From: a bacterium
Lineage (GTDB): Bacteria > UBA8248 > JACPRG01 > G963555815
Direction: 5' to 3'
NCBI GenBank assembly: GCA_965261595.1
Contig: CBDHDG010000007.1
Span: forward strand, 96,001-160,000
Length of the DNA stretch: 64,000 nucleotides
Part shown: positions 9,024 to 19,407 of the stretch, in pieces
Numbering within the stretch: position 1 is the first letter of the stretch
How the letters are laid out: each line of letters opens with the position of its first letter
Position numbers and translations under genes: made by a program
Notes under the pieces: generated by a model
Told to the model about the DNA's origin: nothing
What the model saw: only the letters and a program-made list of their open reading frames with translations
Databases searched by the model: none

Positions 9024-9917
9024 TCAGATATTGAACCAGGGCGTGACCCAGATGTATTTGATGTTGAAGGCGATTCGAAGGAACGCCTTGATGGGCACAG
9101 CCATCATGGTCAGGAACAGGAAGGCCTTCAGGGCGTATCGGGTGATCCCCACGTTTTGGTATCCGCCCGTTTTCATCCGGAAAAGGTACCAGAGAACACC
9201 CAGAAAATAGTAGCCCGATACGAATAAGGCCCCGATGTGAAAAGCCGGGGAAGTCAGAAACGTCTCGACCTTCCCGGACGGCTCCATCTTGAATCCGAAG
9301 ACCGAAGGCAAATCGATGTTCGTCAGGGCGACGACCTTGTGCGGGTCCCATTTCTGGCCCGGCAGGAAGAAGTTCCACCCCGGACCCCGGAGAAAAACGC
9401 CGTTGATGATGAGAACGATCCAAAGGATGGCGAATCCGAACAGGAAGATCAGGATCGCCACCTTGCGCTCAGCGAAGGTGTAATACCCGTTGCCGTTCGG
9501 GTTGATGTCAACGAAGGGGATTACCATCAGTCCGACAATGATCAAGCTCGGCAGGACCACCCCGGCCATCCAGGGATCGAAATAGACCAGCATCTCTTGG
9601 AGCCCCAGGAAATACCAGGGGGCTTTGGAGGGATTCGGGGTCAAGGCGGGGTTGGCCGGCTCCTCGAGCGGCGCGTCGAGTCCGACGGACCAGACCGTGA
9701 GCAGAATCATGATCACCAGGCAGCAGAGAAACTCCGCCCGCACCAGATAGGGCCAGACGTGGACCTTGTCGGCCTCCCGCGTCCGCGTCCGCTTCGCGAC
9801 CCGGAACTGGCCCACCGTCTGCGCGGCCGGCGACCCTACGGCGTCGGGATTCTGGGGCGTAGGGGCTTGATCCGCCTGATCTTCAGGATTAACGGGGGCC
9901 TTCTTGCGTTTCGCCAT
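9024..9917 (-). CDS. Cytochrome b subunit IV-like (PetD/QcrC type) with C-terminal TM extension
   Basis: VWP, PLEEPANPALTP..KAPWYFLGLQEML, GV...VIPFVD. Confidence 0.85.
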   Translation of the reverse strand: MAKRKKAPVNPEDQADQAPTPQNPDAVGSPAAQTVGQFRVAKRTRTREADKVHVWPYLVRAEFLCCLVIMILLTVWSVGLDAPLEEPANPALTPNPSKAPWYFLGLQEMLVYFDPWMAGVVLPSLIIVGLMVIPFVDINPNGNGYYTFAERKVAILIFLFGFAILWIVLIINGVFLRGPGWNFFLPGQKWDPHKVVALTNIDLPSVFGFKMEPSGKVETFLTSPAFHIGALFVSGYYFLGVLWYLFRMKTGGYQNVGITRYALKAFLFLTMMAVPIKAFLRIAFNIKYIWVTPWFNI

Positions 9918-9997
9918 TCCGCCTCACCGAGTGGGGAATTTCCGTGCAAGGACCCCCCGACAGCGTGGATGCTGAAACCGAGCGGGTCGGGCCGATC

Positions 9998-10783
9998 TCA
10001 GAGCGGCCCGGAGATTCCCCCGTCCTTCCGAATGCGCCAAAAATGGACGATCATCAACAATCCGGCCACAATGGGCAGGACGATGCAGTGCAAAACGTAA
10101 AACCGCAGCAGCGCGGGAGGACCGACAAGCGAGCCGCCGATCAGGGCCGATCGGGCGTCGAAACGGGGCGTCACCCCGACCAGATCGCCCAAGGGTCCCT
10201 CATGCCCGAGAAGCGGCGTCGCCCGCGCCATGTTCGTCCCGACGGTCACGGCCCAGATGGAAAGCTGGTCCCACGGAAGCAGGTAGCCGGTGAAGCTCAG
10301 GAGCAACGTGAACACCAGCAAAAGCACCCCAATCACCCAGTTGAATTCTCGGGGGGGCTTATAGGAGCCGGTCATGAAGACCCGGAACATGTGAAGCCAG
10401 ACCGTGATGACCATCGCGTGGGCCGCCCAGCGGTGCATGTTCCGCATGAGCATCCCGAAAGGCGCGTCGAACTCGAGATACTTGATGTCGGCATAGGCGT
10501 ACTCGCCCACCGGCCGGTAGTAGAACATCAAAACCACGCCGGTCACCGTCAGCACCAGAAACATGAGGAAGGTGATCCCGCCCATGCACCAGGTAAAACG
10601 CACCCGGAGTGCGTGACGCCGGATCTTCGCGGGATGCAGATGAAGCCAGACATTGTTGGCCACCTGAAGAACGCGATTCCTCGGCGTGTCGGCGTATCCA
10701 TGCCGGAACATGGATTTCCACACGTAGGACTCGAACATCATCCGCTTCAATTCAGCCAAGCTGGGCACGTTCAATTTCGGCAC
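9998..10783 (-). CDS. petB: Cytochrome b6 (N-terminal half of split cytochrome b)
   Basis: [52 protein letters not shown]. Confidence 0.92.
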   Translation of the reverse strand: MPKLNVPSLAELKRMMFESYVWKSMFRHGYADTPRNRVLQVANNVWLHLHPAKIRRHALRVRFTWCMGGITFLMFLVLTVTGVVLMFYYRPVGEYAYADIKYLEFDAPFGMLMRNMHRWAAHAMVITVWLHMFRVFMTGSYKPPREFNWVIGVLLLVFTLLLSFTGYLLPWDQLSIWAVTVGTNMARATPLLGHEGPLGDLVGVTPRFDARSALIGGSLVGPPALLRFYVLHCIVLPIVAGLLMIVHFWRIRKDGGISGPL

Positions 10784-10793
10784 GGCTCTTTCC

Positions 10794-11327
10794 TCAGACC
10801 TTCAGGCTGGCGTCCGGATGGCTCCACTGCCCTTTTTCCTGCCGGAATGTCTTTCCCTTGTCGATGACGATCTCCCCCTCCTCATTCAGGGCGATCTTGA
10901 CCCGTTCGAGGGGACGGGGCGCGGGGCCCTCGAAATTCACCCCGGACTTGCGGAAACCGCTTCCGTGGCAGGGGCATTTGAACTTTTTCTCGGAGGCCAG
11001 CCAGCGGGGCGTGCACCCCAGGTGCGTACAGATGGCCAGCAAGGTATAGAAGCCCTCTTTCTCCCGGACAATCCACACCCGCTTGGAGAGTTTGAACTTC
11101 TCGCTGACGACCCCGACGACGTAATTGTCCGGTTTCCCCGCGTTGAAAACCTTCGAGGGCTCGAACAAAACCCGCGGGAACATGAAGCGCAGGAACCCCA
11201 GACCGCCGACGGCTAAGGAGAGGAAGAACCCTCCCCAGGCCGCCACGGAGAGAAAGTGCCTCCGGGCGAAGGTGTCGCGTTCGGTTCTGAGCCGCGGGAC
11301 GCGGGCGTCTTGAATGTGTTCGGTCAT
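10794..11327 (-). CDS. petC: Rieske 2Fe-2S subunit of quinol:cytochrome c reductase
   Basis: Tat-like RRHFL plus TM helix; CTHLGC and CPCHGS; GPAPRPL. Confidence 0.93.
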   Translation of the reverse strand: MTEHIQDARVPRLRTERDTFARRHFLSVAAWGGFFLSLAVGGLGFLRFMFPRVLFEPSKVFNAGKPDNYVVGVVSEKFKLSKRVWIVREKEGFYTLLAICTHLGCTPRWLASEKKFKCPCHGSGFRKSGVNFEGPAPRPLERVKIALNEEGEIVIDKGKTFRQEKGQWSHPDASLKV

Positions 11328-11742
11328 GCTTTCAACGAGCGATTCAGCGGGACAACGCGCTCATGCCGCTTCCGTGATGAGTTTCACGAAGCCCGGGGCG
11401 CCAGTCTTCCCGCTTGCGTCAAATTGGATTCCCTGTCGGAGTGCGCGATGGTTTGATTCGCCTGTCCGTCGGATTACGGGATTCCGAGAGACCCAGATTC
11501 GGAAAGGGGGTGGCGGATACCGCCCCCTGATTCCATATTTCCGTTGTCAAAATATATCAACCGGCGGCTCGACTTGTCAACTCGAATTTCCGCCTCTCCC
11601 GCCGGGTCCTGTCGCGAAGGACGCCCATTTTGACTCGGCGTCCCGCGGTCACGTAAGATTCGGTCCGTCAAAAGGTTTTTATCAAAGCGGAGCCGCGGAC
11701 TCCACGGGGGCGAATTCTTCGGGACCGAAGGGGAACAGGGCG

Positions 11743-12281
11743 ATGAAGACGGTTCTTCCCCTCGCGGCCGCGCTGATCATCCTGGCCGGCTGCGGCCCGG
11801 CGGTGAAAGAAAGAACTTCGCCCGCTCGAACCGGCGGCCGGCGGCCGATGCGGATCGGGGCGGCGAATCGGCCGTCCGAAAGCCCGATGCCCGGAGCGTC
11901 GGCGGGGCGGAAAGGCCGAAACGAGATTCCCCGGATTCTCCGGACGCCCTGCGCCGGGACCGGGACCGCCTGAGGCGGGAGCTGAGCCGGCTCTACGGCG
12001 AGCGGCGCCGCCGCGACGCGGAGCTGGGGCTGACGAAGGATTTTCTGGCCGACCTGTTCGGCGCCCTTCAGTCGGAGGATTACCCGCGGGCCATGGCCTC
12101 CATCGACCGCTTTCTTCGCGCCCACCCCGGCCATTCCCTGGGTCCTCCGATCTCGGCCCTTCGTCCGACGGTGGAAAAGCTCCAAGCCGGCGCCGCCGAG
12201 CGGGAGGCCTTGCGGGAAGAGATCCGCAGCCTCAAAGACATTCAGCTCCGCTTCGACGATCTCCGAAAAGAGGGCTCCTGA
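11743..12281 (+). CDS. Putative lipoprotein (QseG-like position), frameshift near 11940
   Basis: MKTVLPLAAALIILAGC lipobox; helical C-terminus ..EEIRSLKDIQ.. in a second frame; directly upstream of the response regulator. Confidence 0.6.
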
Positions 12282-12338
12282 GCGCCCTCCCCCATCTCTC
12301 CCGCCCGCGAGGAATCCGTCATCGAGACCCGACCGCCG

Positions 12339-13790
12339 ATGCCCTCTCCTTTGAAATCCCTGAAGGCCCTTCTGGTCGATGACGACGAGAACATCCTCCA
12401 CACCCTCGGCATGCGTCTGGAGGCCCAGGGCGCGGAGGTGAGGACGGCCGCAGACGGGGTCGAGGCCGTGGAGACGGCGGCCGCGTTCCGACCCGACGTG
12501 ATCCTGCTGGACCTCAAGATGCCCCGGATGGGGGGGCTGGCGGCCCTTCGCGAAATCCGGAAACTCGACTTCCCCTGTCAGGTCGTGGTCCTGACGGCGC
12601 ACGGAACCACCGCCAACGCCGTGGAGGCCATGCGGGAGGGGGCCGTCGATTTCCTCGAAAAGCCTTTGGACCCGGATCAGCTTTCCGTCCTGTTCCAGAA
12701 AGTAGCCGCGCGAAGCGCCCCCAAGGCCCCCGCATCCGTCGGCCCCGGGCCGGACGGCGGCGGAGCGGTGGAAGGTGGTCCGGGGCCAACCGCTTTGTCC
12801 CCCGATGAATTGCGTCACGAGGCCGAGCGCCAGTTCATCGGCGAGGCCCCCGGCGTCCGCCGCGTCCGGGCGCTGCTCCTTCAGGCCGCGCCCACAGAAG
12901 CGCCCATCCTCCTTGCCGGCGAGAGCGGCGTGGGCAAAGAGGTGGTGGCCCGGACGATCCACGTGCTGAGCACCCGGCGGAACGCCCCCTTTGTCGCCCT
13001 CAACTGCGCGGCCATTCCGGAAACCCTGTTCGAAAGCGAGGTCTTCGGCCATGAGCGCGGCGCCTTCACGGGAGCGACGGCCAAACGGGCGGGGGCATTC
13101 GAGGTGGCCCACGGAGGAACGCTCTTTCTCGACGAGGTGGCCGAGATGCCGCCCGACTTGCAGGTCAAGTTTCTCCGCGTCCTCGAAACCGGCCGGTTCC
13201 GCCTCCTGGGCGGAAGAGAGGAGATGGAGGTGGACGTTCGCGTCGTGGCGGCGACCAACCGAAATCTGCACGAGGCCATCGAGGAAGGAAGACTGCGCAA
13301 GGACCTCTTTTACCGGCTGAACGTCTTCACGATCTTTCTGCCTCCCCTTCGGGAGCGGCTGGAAGACCTCCAGAACCTCACGGACCATTTCATCAAGATG
13401 TTCAATGCCCGGTACAAGAAATCGGTCGGCGGATTTTCCGCGGAAAGCTGGGGGCTGATGCGGGGGTATGCCTGGCCGGGAAACGTTCGGGAGCTTCGAA
13501 ACGTCATCGAGCGCGCGGTGATTTTGTGTTCGGGGGCTGAAGCGGGGCCGGAGCATCTGCCCGAAGAGCTGACCCGGCCGCCGGGGGACGCCGGAAACGA
13601 CGAGTCCTCCGCCAGGATGGTCTCCGTTCCGCTGGGGCCGCTGTCGCGGGTGGAGGAGCGGCTCATCGCCCGGGCCCTCGACGAAACCAAAGGCAAAAAA
13701 CCCGAGGCGGCGCGGATTCTCGAAATCAGCCTGAAGACGTTTTATAATAAGCTCAAGAAGATGAAGGAGGATCCGGAGAAGGACGCGTAG
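12339..13790 (+). CDS. Sigma54-dependent response regulator (NtrC/AtoC family)
   Basis: Receiver LLVDDD/LLDLKMP, GESGVGKE, GAFTGA, LFLDEV, WPGNVREL, C-terminal HTH. Confidence 0.95.
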   Translation: MPSPLKSLKALLVDDDENILHTLGMRLEAQGAEVRTAADGVEAVETAAAFRPDVILLDLKMPRMGGLAALREIRKLDFPCQVVVLTAHGTTANAVEAMREGAVDFLEKPLDPDQLSVLFQKVAARSAPKAPASVGPGPDGGGAVEGGPGPTALSPDELRHEAERQFIGEAPGVRRVRALLLQAAPTEAPILLAGESGVGKEVVARTIHVLSTRRNAPFVALNCAAIPETLFESEVFGHERGAFTGATAKRAGAFEVAHGGTLFLDEVAEMPPDLQVKFLRVLETGRFRLLGGREEMEVDVRVVAATNRNLHEAIEEGRLRKDLFYRLNVFTIFLPPLRERLEDLQNLTDHFIKMFNARYKKSVGGFSAESWGLMRGYAWPGNVRELRNVIERAVILCSGAEAGPEHLPEELTRPPGDAGNDESSARMVSVPLGPLSRVEERLIARALDETKGKKPEAARILEISLKTFYNKLKKMKEDPEKDA

Positions 13791-13902
13791 ACCATGGGCG
13801 GTCCACGCCCATCCCTCCGACCCGAGGCGCTGAAGTTTCGCGGCCGGGCGCTTCTCCAAGCCGAATCTCCCGAGGGGGAAGGGAAACATCGAGGAGAGTT
13901 GA

Positions 13903-14403
13903 ATGCCATTGACCGAAACGGAGCGAAGTTGGGTCCTGGAATTTCTCGAAAAGGTGAAAACCTCCTTTTCCGATGACGGCCGATTCTCGGAAGCCCATGA
14001 TCGGGACCCGGGCCTCCCCGACCAAGAGCCCCCCGAGCCGGAGGTCTGGCTGACCATCTGGGAAAATACCTGGATTCGCGTGAATCCTCATCCCGAACAG
14101 GCGGGCGTCCAGGTGTCTCTCGCCACGCGCGCCCGCAACGTGAGCGAGGCCATCGAGGGCAACGCCCTCCAACTGGGGGATTCCTTCGAGGAGCTGCTGG
14201 AAGACGGCCTGGAGGACGCGGGCGAGGAGAACGTCTACGGCGTTTATCATTATCACGACAGCGGCGTCTTCTACTTCCAGTCCGAGCTGCCGCTTCCCGG
14301 CGGTTGGGCGGACCTGAAAACCGATTCGGTCAGGGAGAGGGTGTGCAAGCTGGCCCTGGGCTACCCCCTCGGGTTTGGCCGGTTCTTCATGGAGGAAGAT
14401 TAA
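13903..14403 (+). CDS. Hypothetical acidic protein
   Basis: 166-aa ORF with GAGGAG SD; family not recognised. Confidence 0.7.
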   Translation: MPLTETERSWVLEFLEKVKTSFSDDGRFSEAHDRDPGLPDQEPPEPEVWLTIWENTWIRVNPHPEQAGVQVSLATRARNVSEAIEGNALQLGDSFEELLEDGLEDAGEENVYGVYHYHDSGVFYFQSELPLPGGWADLKTDSVRERVCKLALGYPLGFGRFFMEED

Positions 14404-14508
14404 GGGGAGAGGCCACGGGCGCCGGAAACGCGGCCCGCGGCGTTCATGCGAGTCGTGCGCGGGATGGCCGAAGCGCCGGACGGATGCGTTCATGGGGAGA
14501 AGACGACC

Positions 14509-15157
14509 ATGTCCGAGACCATCAAATATCTTCTGGCCGAGGAGGAGATTCCGGAGAGCTGGTACAACATCGCGGCCGATCTGCCGAAACCGGTTCCGCC
14601 GCCGCTTCATCCCGGAACGGGCGCGCCCATCGGCCCTGAGGATCTCGCGCCGCTTTTTCCGATGGCGCTCATCGAGCAGGAGGTCAGCACCGAGCGCGAG
14701 ATCGAGATCCCAAAGGAGGTGCGGCGGATCTATCGCCAATGGCGCCCCTCGCCGCTCTATCGCGCCCGGCGCTTCGAGCGCGCGCTCGATACGCCGGCGA
14801 AGATCTATTACAAGTACGAAGGCGTCAGCCCGAGCGGCAGCCACAAGACCAACACCGCCGTCGCGCAGGCCTATTACAACAAGGCCGCCGGGGTGAAACG
14901 CCTCACGACCGAGACCGGCGCCGGCCAGTGGGGCGCGGCGCTCGCCTTCGCCGGGTCGCTGTTCGATCTGGAAATCAGCGTCTACATGGTCAAGATCAGC
15001 TACGAGCAGAAACCCTACCGCAGGGCGATCATGGAGGCCTACGGCGCGCGATGCGTGCCCAGCCCGAGCGACGAAGACCGAATCGGGGCGGGCCATCCTT
15101 GCCGAAGACCCGGACAGCCTGGGCAGCCTCGGGATGGCGATCAGCGAGGCGGTCGAG
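14509..15157 (+). pseudogene. trpB2: TrpB2-like PLP enzyme, 3'-truncated and frameshifted
   Basis: [54 protein letters not shown]; homology ends at about half length. Confidence 0.85.
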
Positions 15158-16028
15158 CTCGATCACGTGAAGTTCGCGAATGAATGCGCCATCGACATCC
15201 CGGGCGAGGAGACCGAGGCGTTGGGGAAGATGGCGCGCGAGTATGATTCATTCATCATGGCGCAGGCCAAGGCGCGCCACCCCGATCTCAAGGACCGTTT
15301 CTTCAACGTCGACTTCATCCTGGACCCGAAGGGGGAGGTCATCCTCGTCCACTACAAGGTCTCGCCGCTCTTCCCCGTGGAGCATTCCGCGCTGCCCGCA
15401 CGACATCTACGACTGGTGGATCGAGAAATACGGAAACAACCTGGACGCGTTCTGGCCGGTGGCGGACACCGAAATCGGCCGGCTGGGCATCATGATGGCC
15501 AACGAGGGCTCCTACCCCGAGAACGCCCGGGCCCTGGCGTTGAACGGCGCCGAGGTGGTCTACCGCGCGTCGTATCCCCATCCGGCGACCGGCAACGAGA
15601 TCTTCGAGATCCAGAGCCGCGCCCGCGCGCTGGACAACAACATGTACATCGTCGCGCCCAACATGGGGACGTATTACCTATTCGCGGAGGAGGACACCCC
15701 CATCGACACCTTCGGGGGACGGTCCTTCATCATCAACCACAAGGGGCAGATCGTCGGCAAGCAGGAGTACGGCGCGGGCTCCACATACGTCGCGGGGGTG
15801 ATCGACATCGAGGCCATGCGCGACCACCGCGCCCGGGCCCAGTGGAACAACTGGATAAAAGACCTGCGGACAGAGCTCTATCAGATCGTCTATGATCAGC
15901 CCATCTATCCCAAGAACCTGTACCTGGACCGGGCGCCGATGAAGCACGCCGAATACCGGGAAAAGGTCAACCAGCGGCAGATCGACCTGATGCACGAGCG
16001 GGACATCTGGGTGAAGCCCGGGCGGTGA
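15158..16028 (+). pseudogene. Nitrilase/carbon-nitrogen hydrolase-family protein, 5'-truncated, frameshift near 15390
   Basis: AIDIPGEET, RFFN..FILDP.G.VIL.HYK, DTEIGRLG, YPENARALALNGAEVV, RARALDNNMYIVAPN, GRSFII. Confidence 0.8.
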
Positions 16029-16100
16029 GTGGCCATCGTCGATCCATCAACCCGACCGGCGGCCGGCAGCCCGGGGCCGAGAAATGAAGGAGACTTTCGA

Positions 16101-17093
16101 ATGACCATGCGGGCCATGATTATCGAGGAGCTGGGCGGAGCGGAGGTCTTCAAGTCGGCCACGATCCCCCGGCCCGAAACGAAGCCGGGACACCTGCTCA
16201 TCCGGGTGGAGGCGACGAGCGTCAACCCGCTGGACTGCAAGCTCAGAAGCATTCCATTGCCGTTCTCTTCGCCGCTGCCCGCGGTTCTGCATGGCGATGT
16301 AGCCGGCGTTGTAGAGGCCGTGGGCGAGGGGGTTTCGGATTTTCAGGCGGGGGACGAGGTCTATGCATGCGCCGGAGGGGTCGGCCGTTACAGCGGCGCC
16401 CTGGCGGAGTGCATGGCGGTCGATGCGGATCTGGCCGCGCACAAGCCCCGCTCCCTGTCCATGGCCGAGGCGGCGGCGCTTCCGCTGGTGGCCCTGACAG
16501 CCTGGGAATCGCTCTTCGATCGGGCCGGGGTCGAGGCGGGCGACAAGGTCCTGATCCACGCGGCGGCCGGGGGCGTGGGGCATGTGGCGATCCAACTGGC
16601 GAAATGGCGGGGCGCGGAAGTGTTCGCGACGGCCAGCTCGGACGAAAAGATGAAGATCGCCAGCGATCTCGGCGTGGACGCCGCGATCAACTATAAGCAG
16701 GATTCCGTTGCCGATTACGTGGGGGCCCACACCGGAGGCCGGGGGTTCGACGTGGTCTTCGACACCGTGGGCGGGGACAACCTGGAGCGCAGCTTCGAAG
16801 CCGCGAGGATCATGGGCGCCGTGGTGACGATCGCGGGCGGCGGAGAGCACAACCTGATGTTGATGCAGGGAAAGGGCCTGACGTTGCACTTCGAGTCCAT
16901 GCTCTTCCCCTTGCTTGGGGGCTCCGGCCGGGCCGAGCAGGGGAAGATCTTGCGGGAGACGGCGAAGCTCGTGGACGAGGGCAAGCTGAAACCGCTCATC
17001 GACCCCAACGTCTTCACCATCGATCGGGTCGCCGAGGCGCACCGCCATCTGGAGTCGGGGAAGGCGGTGGGGAAGGTCGTCCTGACTTGGTGA
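16101..17093 (+). CDS. MDR-superfamily NAD(P)H:quinone oxidoreductase
   Basis: SVNPLD, LHGDVAGVVEAVG, AAAGGVGH, GKVVL; AAGGAG SD. Confidence 0.92.
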   Translation: MTMRAMIIEELGGAEVFKSATIPRPETKPGHLLIRVEATSVNPLDCKLRSIPLPFSSPLPAVLHGDVAGVVEAVGEGVSDFQAGDEVYACAGGVGRYSGALAECMAVDADLAAHKPRSLSMAEAAALPLVALTAWESLFDRAGVEAGDKVLIHAAAGGVGHVAIQLAKWRGAEVFATASSDEKMKIASDLGVDAAINYKQDSVADYVGAHTGGRGFDVVFDTVGGDNLERSFEAARIMGAVVTIAGGGEHNLMLMQGKGLTLHFESMLFPLLGGSGRAEQGKILRETAKLVDEGKLKPLIDPNVFTIDRVAEAHRHLESGKAVGKVVLTW

Positions 17094-17321
17094 CACGCCC
17101 GTGTGTGATCGGCCATTGGATTGTCGGCCAACGCATCGGGGCGGGTGCGGGAGTCCACTGACTCTCGCCCCCTCATCATCGGCGAATACAAACCCCGGCG
17201 ACACCGCCGCTCGCATCAAAGCGAACTCCCCACCCTCCCCCTTCCTCGGGATGGGGCTTGAGACTGAGCGCCTTCTTGATCTCCTTGACCGTGAGACCGG
17301 GGGGATTGATAGGCGGCAATC

Positions 17322-18500
17322 TCAGGCGACGGCCGTCTCTCCCCCCCCCTCCCCCTCCCCCTCCCCCTTCTTCCGGAAGTGGGGCATGACTTCCTTGGCG
17401 AAGATTTCCAGGTTCTTCAGCGTGAGGTCCTGGGGAAGGCTGCCGAAGTGGAGTAGCGCGACCAGGAGGCCGAGCCCCGTCTCTCTCTCGAACTCCTTCA
17501 GACGCTCGCGCACCGTCGCGCCGCTTCCGACAATCACCGTCCCGTTCTCATGAAGGGCGCGCACATCGAAGCGGTCCTTGTTCATGAGATCCCGCAGGGC
17601 GATCACCTTCGGCATGGATTGCTCGCTCAGGTAGCCCGGCGGGAAGAACTGTTGGAAGGGGCGCTTGAGAAGCCGGTTGAAGAGAAACTCCATGTGGGGC
17701 CCCGCCTCCTCCCAGGCCGCTTCGTCGGTCTCGGCGACGTAGATCGGCAGGGCGACGCCCATCTGGTCCGGCGGGGCCTCGTAGCCGAACTTCCGGGCCT
17801 GGACCTTGTACTCGCCCAGGATCCGCTTCACCGTCGTAAGGGGGCTGAACACCTGCATGTAGGGGTATCGCCGCTCCGCGGAGAAGGCGACCGTCTCCGG
17901 ACTGCCGGAGGACGGCATCCAGACGGGGGGGTGGGGCTTCTGATAGGGCCGGGGCCACGGGTTGACGTAGCGGAATTGGTAATGCCGGCCCTCGAAGGCG
18001 AAAGGCCCCGGCTCCGTCCACGCCCGCAGGATGAGATCGTGGGCTTCCAGGAACCGGTCCCGGGAGGTGGTCGGATCCATGCTGAAGGAGGTGTACTCGT
18101 CTCCGACGCCGCGGACGAAGCCGGAAATGATCCGGCCCTTGGTGATCACATCGAGCATCGCCACCTCCTCCGCCACCCGAAGGGGATGGTTCCGCAGACA
18201 GATGGCGTTGCCCAGGATCGCGATCTTGGCCCGTGACGTGCGCCGCGCCAGGGCCGCCGCCATGATGTTGGGCGAAGGCATCGTGCCGTAACAGGTCTGG
18301 TGATGCTCGTTGACGCAGATGCCGTCGTAGCCCAGCGCATCGGCCCGCTCGAACGTGTCCAGGTATTCGTGGTAAAGCCGGTGGCCCACTTCCGGGTCAT
18401 ACAGGGCGTTGGGGATGGTGGCCCACGAAGTTCCATGGGTCTCCAGGTAATCCTCCGGCAGGCCGGGATAGGGCATGAGGTGGAAAAAGTAGAACTGCAT
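17322..18500 (-). CDS. LLM-class flavin-dependent oxidoreductase (luciferase-like)
   Basis: LGYDGICVNEHH, PLRVAEEVAMLD..GR...GFVRG, WPRPYQKPHPP, FAKEVMP. Confidence 0.92.
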   Translation of the reverse strand: MQFYFFHLMPYPGLPEDYLETHGTSWATIPNALYDPEVGHRLYHEYLDTFERADALGYDGICVNEHHQTCYGTMPSPNIMAAALARRTSRAKIAILGNAICLRNHPLRVAEEVAMLDVITKGRIISGFVRGVGDEYTSFSMDPTTSRDRFLEAHDLILRAWTEPGPFAFEGRHYQFRYVNPWPRPYQKPHPPVWMPSSGSPETVAFSAERRYPYMQVFSPLTTVKRILGEYKVQARKFGYEAPPDQMGVALPIYVAETDEAAWEEAGPHMEFLFNRLLKRPFQQFFPPGYLSEQSMPKVIALRDLMNKDRFDVRALHENGTVIVGSGATVRERLKEFERETGLGLLVALLHFGSLPQDLTLKNLEIFAKEVMPHFRKKGEGEGEGGGETAVA

Positions 18501-18547
18501 CGGAGGTCCCTCGGATTTGGAAAACGGCGGGGATCCGTGATGACCGC

Positions 18548-18733
18548 TCACAACGCGCAATGTGTCCCGTGCGCCGGAAGTATACGCCTGAAAGGACATG
18601 TCCGGAAAGGCGCGCTTGTGTTCCCCCCTTTCCGAAGGTGAACGTGGGAACCCGCCCGCCTGACCACCACCCATCCATCGCGCTCAAAGGCGCGAACCAC
18701 GCGCAACGACGCCAGATTATGCAACGCGACCAC
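18548..18733 (-). pseudogene. hicA: HicA-family toxin, N-terminal part only
   Basis: VVRAFERDGWVVVRRAGSHVHLRK matches the HicA GSH motif; the family C-terminal half is not recognisable. Confidence 0.65.
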
Positions 18734-19361
18734 GTGGGGACTGACCCTCCTCGATTTCAAGGCGGCCTTCGATGGCGTCGCCAATCATGAACAGGGCCTC
18801 TTCCACCGAGTCTCCCTGGGACACACAACCGGGTAGGGAAGGACACTCAACGATAAAACCGCCGTCCTCAAGGTCCGGCGCCAGGACCACATCGAATTCC
18901 CGCCGCTTGACCTTGACTTTGTACCCCGACCGTTGAGACAGGTTCCGGACGGATTCCCCGAGATCGGCAATCAGTCTATCCAAAGAGACGATGGTGAATA
19001 TGGGTTGCCCATGGTTCAATGCGTCCATGAGGACCTCCGGGTCCGGCGCCAGGACAAAGACGCCCACGCCGTCCGTGATGAACCTTAGCGTTCTTGGAGG
19101 TCCTTCGGCATCCGGCATGTTCTTCCGTAACCAGTTCAGACTTTTCCGGATTTTTTGCAGACTGAGCCCGGCGTCTCGGAGGGCCCGAACAACCCGGAGT
19201 TGAACCAGATTCTTAAATGAATAAAGACGGACCGAACCCCGTCCGGAGGCCCCTTGGACGGAAGGCTTTACAATGTGCGCCCGGTCCCAATAGTCGAGTT
19301 GACGCTGACTGAGCCCCACAAGCTCCCGTGCGGTTTTCGAGTTAAAGTTCACGGACTCCAT
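18717..19361 (-). CDS. MerR-type HTH fused to a HicB-like antitoxin domain
   Basis: N-term LVGLSQRQLDYWD...RLYSF..LVQLRVV..LRDAGLSLQKI; C-term DLEDGGFIVECPSLPGCVSQGDSVEEAL..I.DAI. Confidence 0.85.
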   Translation of the reverse strand: MESVNFNSKTARELVGLSQRQLDYWDRAHIVKPSVQGASGRGSVRLYSFKNLVQLRVVRALRDAGLSLQKIRKSLNWLRKNMPDAEGPPRTLRFITDGVGVFVLAPDPEVLMDALNHGQPIFTIVSLDRLIADLGESVRNLSQRSGYKVKVKRREFDVVLAPDLEDGGFIVECPSLPGCVSQGDSVEEALFMIGDAIEGRLEIEEGQSPRGRVA

Positions 19362-19407
19362 TTTGCTTTTCCCTATAGGCGGATGGCGCGAGGAATACAT
19401 ATAGGTA

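Noticed and set aside
11682..14057. 791-aa minus-strand ORF and other long shadow ORFs (e.g. 21815-24238, 30868-32769, 50048-51739, 6921-8420)
   Set aside because: Antisense to well-supported genes; expected in high-GC DNA; no motifs.
17341..17370. C/G-run tracts (also ~21000 and ~39710) as G-quadruplex or repeat elements
   Set aside because: Mostly explained by Gly/Glu/Pro low-complexity coding and high GC; homopolymer lengths are unreliable.
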